From: Phoronis australis
Taxonomy: Eukaryota; Animalia; Phoronida
Assembly (NCBI GenBank): GCA_002633005.1
Contig: NMRA01000034.1
Span: forward strand, 829,766 to 893,765
Direction: 5' to 3'
DNA: 64,000 bases
Positions 15,001 to 24,000 of the stretch are shown here, in pieces. Position numbers and translations under genes: made by a program. A model generated the notes under the pieces. It had not been told where the DNA came from, did not search any database, and was given only the letters and a program-made list of their open reading frames with translations. Numbering within the stretch: position 1 is the first letter of the stretch; the number at the start of each line of letters is the position of its first letter.

Positions 15001-18000
15001 TGTGGGGAGAAGAGTGTTTCCGGACAATATCTAGAGAACCGATGTGCAGAATACATTTAAACTTAACACAAAGGTATATTATAGATTGTGCCAGCATCAT
15101 TTTATATTCAGTCGGATTCAACTGCTGCAGTGCCTCCTAGTGGCCATTTTGTGTGAGAACATTTGCGGATATTATCTAAAGAATGGGTTGATGGATTTTA
15201 ATGCGACTTGGCACAAAGGTGTGTGATATTAATCCACCTGGATCATTAAATTTTCAGGCGGATTTGAATACTGTAGCACCTCCTAGTGGCCATTTTGTTA
15301 TCGATAAAGAGCATGTCGGAGCATATCTAGAAAACTGATTGACGAATTTCATTGAAACGTGACACAGAGATATATGATGAGATGGCTCCATTTGATTATC
15401 TACCAGATTTGACTACTGTAGTGCCTCCTAGTGGTCATTTTGTATGGAAACATTTCCAAATGATATGAGAGAACAGATCAACAGATTTCAATGAAACTTG
15501 ACTCAGCGGTATATGATGACAGCGCACCGGCAGCATTTGATTTTCAGGCTGATTCGACCACTGCAGCACCTCTTAGTGGCCCTTGGAAACATATTGGCAC
15601 TCAGTGGACGCATGTCTTGTTAATCATATGCTTTCAACATCTCAAATTAAGTTTTCAACTGCTGTTGATTGATATTTTGCAATACCAAGTTTCTTGTTTT
15701 TGAAAGGATCCAAACAAGTCATAATCCTTTTTCAAGTTGAAATAAAGTTACTTTGTTTTTGTGTTAGTGTCCTGTGGCCCACAGCCCTTGGTTTCCCAAC
15801 GTTAAGGCACATGCCCTTCAATCTGAATACACAGTTGTAAACAGGATTACCTTACATAAAAAATATAGCCGCTTAATTATGACAAAACTACAAGTTAACA
15901 ACCAAGACGGGCATTCTTTACAAAATAAAACTATCCTGTGGTACCCAAATTGGTTTTATTTTTCGTTTTGTGGTAAATCTATCATATATGGTACACTAGA
16001 CTAAAATGATATTGTAGTGTTCTAATTTGTCATTCATTGAGCCCATTATGTTACTGACTAATAAAAATTCTATTTTCTCCACATAAGAAAAGTTTAAGAT
16101 CATTCTAGTCTATTATAACTGTGTGTTGTTAGGGTGGTGTTTAGATGTCATAAAACAACGTTTGCTTGTTCATACATTATTTGAAAAAGGGTTATCAACC
16201 TTTGAAAAATGGAAAAATTATCATTTTGGCAATTATTATTTTTGTATGATATAGATGAAGACTTGTCGTAATTATCTTGATTTTTTGGAAGTAGCAATCG
16301 AGTCATTCAAATTGCTTGTTGTATAGCGATGATGAAGATCCAATATGGAACTTCAAATAATTAACTACATCTTGGTTTGTCCCATTTTCTACAGGACAAG
16401 TGAAGAGCCCAACATGGACAACAACAATGCAACAGTCAAGATGAGGGTGATTGTGAGAGCGGATATGTTAATTAGCGGGTATGTTTAACCATATTATTAT
16501 GTCTGCCATCGTCAAAAGTAATCAGGAAAATGAAACCTAATACCTCCATCATGACCGAGTGCTAGATGAATTGACAGTCATAGTACTAATAGTTATCAAA
16601 AAGCAAAAATGTTAATTTTATGGTCAAAGTAAGAGCAGAAACGCAGCGAGAAATATGACGAAAAAGAATACCAAATCGTTGCATAATTTTTCTGAAATGT
16701 TAACTTCTAGATTTCGACAAATTTTGACAAGAGGAAATATTGTCAACATTGTTTTGAAAACTTTGTGAGCTGTCTGTCATGGCTGGGAATTTTTGGGGAA
16801 AGTTAGTCGGAATGTTTGTAGCATTGTTAATCGTAACAAGATTTTGTAGGAACTTTGTATCCTGATGGGGGAATGGTATGTATTTTGTCCACTTTATGTT
16901 GGCATATACTATACTTCAGGTAAAGGTGTCCCATCTAAATACCAAATTATTGTCAGCCTGATATTGTTAACTTAGTTTACGCTTGCAGTGCCTCAGAGCC
17001 TGAGCAGGTGATCTACAAGGGCGAGGTGAGAGGCGAGAGTTCCATACAATTCGAGGACGAAATCGGAGACGCTGTCATGCATACTTACGTGGTACGTCAT
17101 GGGTGGTGTGTGGGCGGGCATGTTAGAGATCATTATTTTCTGTAGTTTAAGCTCATGATAACACAATGGTTCTGTCAATTTCATCTTATGTTGTAGCTTA
17201 ATTCAGCATGAAAGTTAATTTTTAATGAATAAAAAATTAGAACTTAAAAGTTCACTTGTTATGATTTCATACTGCAAAATGGAATATTATAGTGGTTCTT
17301 CAATTAAGAACATGGTATGACACATCTAAAATTTTGTTTCATCAAATTCTCAACATAAATGAATAGGCAAAAAACTTGTCATTATCACCTCAATTTGTTG
17401 TGAATAGCTGTTAGTAACAAACGGACACTGGTTCAATTACGCATTTTGTCATTCTTAGTTGGCCAAAAATGAAAACTGAATTTGGACTTTTACTCTCATC
17501 AAATCCGTCTCATAGTATTCCTTACCCTGGTAGGATTCCATTTCCAGTTTGTTGGTAATTCAGATAGAATCCTATCACAGAAAGAAATATATTAATGAGT
17601 CTGGTTTTGGGAGAGTAAAAGGCCTTATTCCATTACGGTTTTTAGTTTTCTAAACAGAGAGAAAGGCAGCTTTAAGTAATGCAACGAGAGTTTTTGAAGT
17701 ATACGTGATTATGAACAGTCTATTTTGTCCATATTTGAATTTTAAGTAATCTTGACCTGCAATGAAAAATTGTATTAAAAATCACCAGCGACAGGTTGAC
17801 TGTTGATGTTGACATCATCCCCAATTCATTTTTGTTATAGATCACTAATGGAGGTCCAGGAACTGTGGCGCAGTCAAAGGTGGAGATCCAATGGCCATAC
17901 CAGGTAGAGAACAAGAGGGACCAGGGCAAGCACCTGCTGTACATGACCCATGTACCCGAGCTGGAGGGGCCGGGTCAGTGTGAAATCGACTCCAAGTGGG

Positions 18001-21000
18001 TCAATCCTCTTGACATTGAGGTAGGTGGACTTGATACCATGTGAGGTGTTGGTTATCAACTGGTATGTGTTACTGAAGATTTCCGTGTATAATGCTGGCT
18101 GAGTATAAGCTCAAGGGGTGGGGCATAAAGAAGGCAAAAATTTTAAATACGCCAACATCGCATATTGAGTGAGAATTCAACAATTCTGTGTATGGTGGAG
18201 TACTCCAGTCTTGGAAGAACTGTATTTTGTGTTTCGTATATATTAGTCAAATGGTTGTCACTGAAGAGAATGTACCAGGATTAATATATGCGCTAGCATT
18301 TTGTTTGGCAACTTGGTAAAGATCCCAAGTCGCCAGATCTGTTCCCATTTGGTGACCTGGTAACTTTGCCAGGTCGTATTTGGCAAGTTGATGATGCGCT
18401 AAGCGTCGAGCTCTTCGATATAATACGAATATTCAGCAATGCCAGATGTGCACCTGGGCTTACACACAGAAATCTCTAGTAGTACGGCCATTGCATGTCA
18501 AGTGTAACTAGTTTTGGATCAACCATAATGATAGCTTTACTCATATAAAGCTATGCCATGCCCACTCGCTTGAAGAGGCACATTTCACCACGTGGTTTGT
18601 AGAGTTGCTGCAAACGTTTGAAGTTGACAAGAAGTGGAAAACATTTTTTCACTCATCTGCAATAAAAATTGCCCATTTGTCGTCTTGAAAAAAATCCCGT
18701 CTAGTTTCCTATTGACCTTCTTACAGATGACAAAAATGGATGGGTGTACATCCCATGTCACAGATATAACTATCTGTCCACTTTTTGTTGTTGCTATCAT
18801 TTACCTCGTATCAATTATAACATAAGGACCTGTCTTCTTGAAACACAGCTAGAATTTAGTGGTCTCTGTACAGATAGTATGTCTATATGTCAACCGGTGG
18901 CGCTACTCATTATGATCACTGTTCCTTAATTCTCTGTGAATAACACGTTTTGTTATCTGTAAAAAGGTCAATGTTCGTTAAGACCCGCCGTCATCATCTC
19001 TTTCTTTGATGACTTAAATCATATAGTTGTTCCGTCACACCTGACTCCCTTAACTGCTAACCACAGCGCCCCCTAACACTTGCCTGACACATCATGTTTC
19101 CACTGCCCATATCAACAGGTGGCTCGAGTTCCAGACAGATTAGAGGTATCTCCCAACGTAAGTTAATTAATGTTGAATGTCGTTATTGTTGATTGAATGT
19201 AATTAGTAATCAGTTGTTACTGTTTTTTATGCCCGATGTTATGTGCAATCAAATTTTTAACATCTCTGTATAATTGTAAGGAAAATTTGTATTTTGGGGA
19301 GTTTTGTAACTATACAGACTTTGTTGGTAATAATTGTACTTCCTGCATGTGTTTCTTGTTGTAATTGTTGAAAAATTGTTCACAATTTTTGAATTGTTGT
19401 TTTTCAAAAACACGACATGATAACATACACTCCCAAAATAACAATTTTTCTTATTCGTTGGTAATGTCAAATAATTTGAATGACAGAGAACATATACGTA
19501 CAGCACGAAAATGTGACACTAAATATACTGATTGTGAATGGCATTTTTGTCACGGACAGTCTTGACTATCATCTCTACTGTCGCACTTCCTGTCTTGTCT
19601 CTGTTTCACATCTCCTGTAGTAGAGTAGTTACAAGCATATAGAGCTTTTAGTTTGTAAGTAGGTGTTACGTGTGGTGCTTGGCGTACAAAGCTGCTGTGT
19701 ACCTTCCGGCTGTCAAAAATGACTTGATAAAATCTGCTTATCGTATATTCAGGGTGTTCCATCGAAACAGGAACCCCTGTGTAAAACAGATATCGGAGTC
19801 AAAAACAGACTCCCCCACAATACCATGCTGCCCAAAAAACGTGCACTCAGACCTTTAAAAGAGGAATCCCCGGGGGATCGGACAGGAAACCTGGAAATTT
19901 TTTTTTTTGGTCCCAGGTTTCTTGTCTGATCTCCGAGATTCCTGTTTCAAAATTAGGGGTTTGTGTTTTTTCACGTTTGGCAGCTGTTTTGAAGGTGCGG
20001 GAGTCTGTTTTCGAATCTGGGCCATCTGTTTTAGACTGGCATTCCTGTAATCTGACTTATTAAGGAACAGGCTGATAACATGCAGTTTTATAATAGTTTG
20101 TGGCCTAAGTTGTCACTTGTTGTTGACAGAGGGCAAGTACGCACATGCTTTTATCTTTCACATGACAACATGAAGTGTGTGTTGTATCGTATACTCTGCA
20201 AACTGCGAGTTGTTTGTTGTGATGAGTGGTGTAAACGTCTTGCTTCATGAAAGGCTGCACATATTGTTGCATCCCGTGAGCGCACTCTTGCAACATATTG
20301 TCTCCTCGGGAATCCAATTCTTTTCTCTGTGAATGTATATAGCCTTCATAGCCTGTTTCATAATATTCATAATTCTCCAAATTTTGATCTTGTACATGTT
20401 AATTGTCTGGATTAACTCCTGCTTTGCTCCGAACACTCAACTCGGAACTACCAAATATGTTCTGCACTTTAAAATGCCATACATTCAACCCCAATACAGC
20501 ATAGGCCATTGCGAGTACCTATATGTATAAACAATTTGTGCTCCCAAAGCACCTAAATCCATTTTTCTTACAATCTTTGCATTGTCTATATTGCACCTGG
20601 GTTACTTGACCATATTGCCTAAAATCTCTGATGTAAATCATCACCGTGGGTGCACGCCCTGAGGTAAATGCCTCTACCAGCGATTTAATGAGAACAGTGT
20701 TTTTAAACTCCTTTACTCAGCAAACACTCCCCTGTGAGTTTTGAGCTTCACAGCTTGAACACCCTGGGTGTCTAGCTAGGACAGAGTTTGGCACACACGT
20801 GCACAAACTTTCATACTGCTTATTTTGTGTACGGCATACAAAAGATTGTTCTTTTGAACGCTCGCATATCAATATATACCAGTCGCACGTTTTCAAGTGT
20901 TGTGCATTCACTGTTTGTAAGAATTCCACTCAGTATGCACTTGCTTCTAACACGTTACTACCTGTGGCAATAGTCACTGAAGCATTGTTTGTAAATTACA

Positions 21001-24000
21001 ATCCCAGCTGCTTACCTGCTGTGCCCACTTAAAAAAAGCGGCTTTGGATCCTGGGTCAGCTGTGCAAACTATTTCAAGGTAATGTTGTTAGTCGAGATAA
21101 TATATACTGAATTTTATGATGCTCCTCTGTTAGCTGGAAATCAGTTTTGCAAAATCAGAGCTGCAGATTTAGGGAAGGAGGGACGGTGGGGGGGAGAGAA
21201 CAGGGAGGCAGGGAATGGAAGAGCACGTTTTTGGGATGGCCGTGTCCAATTCTCGTTGAAAATTGTTCCAGATGCTTCTTAGTTCTCTGTTACTGTCAGA
21301 CTAACTGAACTGCATCATATGTAAACTAATATTGTCGCATCAGTAATAATAATGCTTGTTGAAAGAACGTAATAACTCATTTTTTCATTATTCCTATGTA
21401 GGCATTTAGTGCCATTATTGATCAGCAGGTGGTCATTTCTGTGTTGCTTTATTGTCTCAATGTACTGGGTCATCTTTCACCGCTACTAGCACAATACAAG
21501 CACGCTACCAGCATTTTCTGTCGATGGATTTCTTTCCATGAGAAAATAGCTAATATCAAGAAAGTGACATAAAATATACCATGATATTAAACACCAAAAA
21601 CACCAGGTGGCAAGACCAGCTCGTCCACATGTCTGCTCACCAAGAACTGCCAAATAAAATTTCGTGAGTCGGCTAAAAATAGTTTGGCAAAGAGCCAATT
21701 CATGAGTAAAAGAAGCAGATGAAATAATTTAATGTGAAGTTAGACAAGACACTGCTTTTGATGCTCGATATTCCGAGGTAATGCCATGCTTAAGTTAGTG
21801 AAGCCCCCCCGCAAAAATATATCTTACAAGGTAATGTTGCTCGTTGCCTAGGTTATGGGCTTATTCTAGTCTTGCTGACCCTCTTTGGTGCAGGCATATG
21901 GTAAGCGGTATGTAAACAAAGCACATTACCTTTCTCTCTGTCATCAAAGCTAAAGGTGAAAGTGCTGGCTGACTTGATTGATTTACTGGCACATTGCTGC
22001 ACACTTAAGCACGTGTTTTAAAACTCGTAAATTTTCAACTCCATTTATAATTTCTCAATTAAGATTTAAAAAAAAAAAAAAATTTGCAGCGACGCATCAC
22101 AAAATGGTTGAAGAACACTAAATTCTACTAAATGCTCAAGTACCAACACATATCGATAGTAAACGGATTGAGTACATATAATACAAAAATGCAATATGTA
22201 TACAATGAAAACATACAATAGAAATCATCGAATGTGTATACAACAAGTACACACAATATAATACAATACAATACAATATAATACAATACAAAGAATATCA
22301 TATGTATAACATGAGTTTACAACACGGAATTGAATGATGTACAATACAAGTAATACTATGTGAATGAGTGTGAATGCAATTCATACGATACATAGAGTAG
22401 GCCTACAATCAATATTTATACAATGGGTACATACAATATAAAACCAAAGGAACAGGAGACTTACTCCACTATCTAATAGTTTGGTCTGGTGGTACTTGAA
22501 ACTGTGATCTTTAGATTGAAAGCTGCATCCTCTATTCAGTTATTTAATGACATTTTGTTATTGGGTCCTGCACTATCTTAGTGCACAATCACGCAAATTT
22601 TTTAGTTTATTCAACCATTTTTTTGAAACGGAGGACATCATTTTGTTCAAGAAAGTTTGCTGCCAAACCATTCTGATTTTTGCCTAGCTATGAAAATTTA
22701 GGACTCAGACTAATGACCCAGTTTGGGGAAGATCTGTGCAAAGCAGGAAGGAGTATGGGACATTGCCAGTTTTTGCGTTACCGACACTTGTTCTGACGAT
22801 GTCTGGTGTCCATGGCAACAGTGTTGTGGGAGGAAATTGACATCGAATAAAATTGGTTTGTTCTTGTTTTAGCTGCGTCCTACAAACGAGTCTGAAGAGA
22901 AAATCAAATACACACCAACAAGGCGAAGAAAGCGAGAAGTCGTCGTTACGGCAGAAGAGGTCAGGGCGGCGGACGGAACCATAGAGAAGGTTGTCAGAAT
23001 GGTGGGTAGTGATTTTAGCAACTGCTGTTTAATTATCAGGATCACGTCTATTTTGGCGATGGTTGCGCCATCTTCAGTGTATCATTTCAGTGTGTTTTAT
23101 TTTTATTTTCGTTCTGAAGTCTGACAAAAGGACATTTTACTTTTCTGCCTTTTAATTATTAATCAATGAAGTATGTATTGGTGTGTGCAGGACGCTGTAT
23201 GTATGTGATTTAGCGCGTGCACATCGTTGGCGCCAATATTTAATGCCTCCGGTTCGATTTGCAGGACTGCTTGAGGGGAACTGCCAAGTGCTTCACGTTT
23301 CACTGTAATATCAACGCACTCACCAACAAGCAAGATGTTGTCATTCGTATCAGGTCTAGGCTGTGGAAGCACACATTTGTGGAGGTATAGTAGCTTGGGG
23401 GTGGGGTAGTCGGGTGGAGAATCATCCGTGGGTTTAAGGTACAGAGACTCTGCACATTGGTTGATAGAGCAAGCAGAAAATTCACAGTGTGTACACCCGA
23501 TCTGCATTTTAAAATCTTACCAGGTCAAACATACTCTATAGTGTTGTGAAAACAACGTGTCTCCAACTTCAAAGCTCATGTGAGCACACAAGAGTTAACA
23601 AAAACAATTCAACTCAGTTTCTCTCATTCACAGACATCTTGTGATTTTGAACATTTTTTTCTTTTTGTGTGTGAATCATTTGAACATCCCATAGCACAAC
23701 AGTGAATGTGACAATGTGGTGATCCCAAAAATTCATAAAAATCCGCTGTGAAATTCCATGCATTGCCTTTAACCTCCGTCCAAAGGCTGAGGTTCAACAA
23801 TAACACAACAGTGAACGACGGGTCAATCTCAACTGGGTGCATTTCTGTGTGATGTTTGCATTTGAACTTAGTATGAGAATAGTTTGTTATTGTTGGGTTA
23901 GATAGTAGCTTTTATTCAATGCAAATATTTAATTAGTGGATTATGTTGTAAAGTAATTGATGAAAATTGGTGTTGTTTTAGGACTATAAAAATGTAGACA

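Noticed and set aside
20500-20663. Exon ending at GAG|gtaaat (20663)
   Set aside because: Every upstream acceptor I tried gave in-frame stops, and there is no pyrimidine tract for a recursive splice site.
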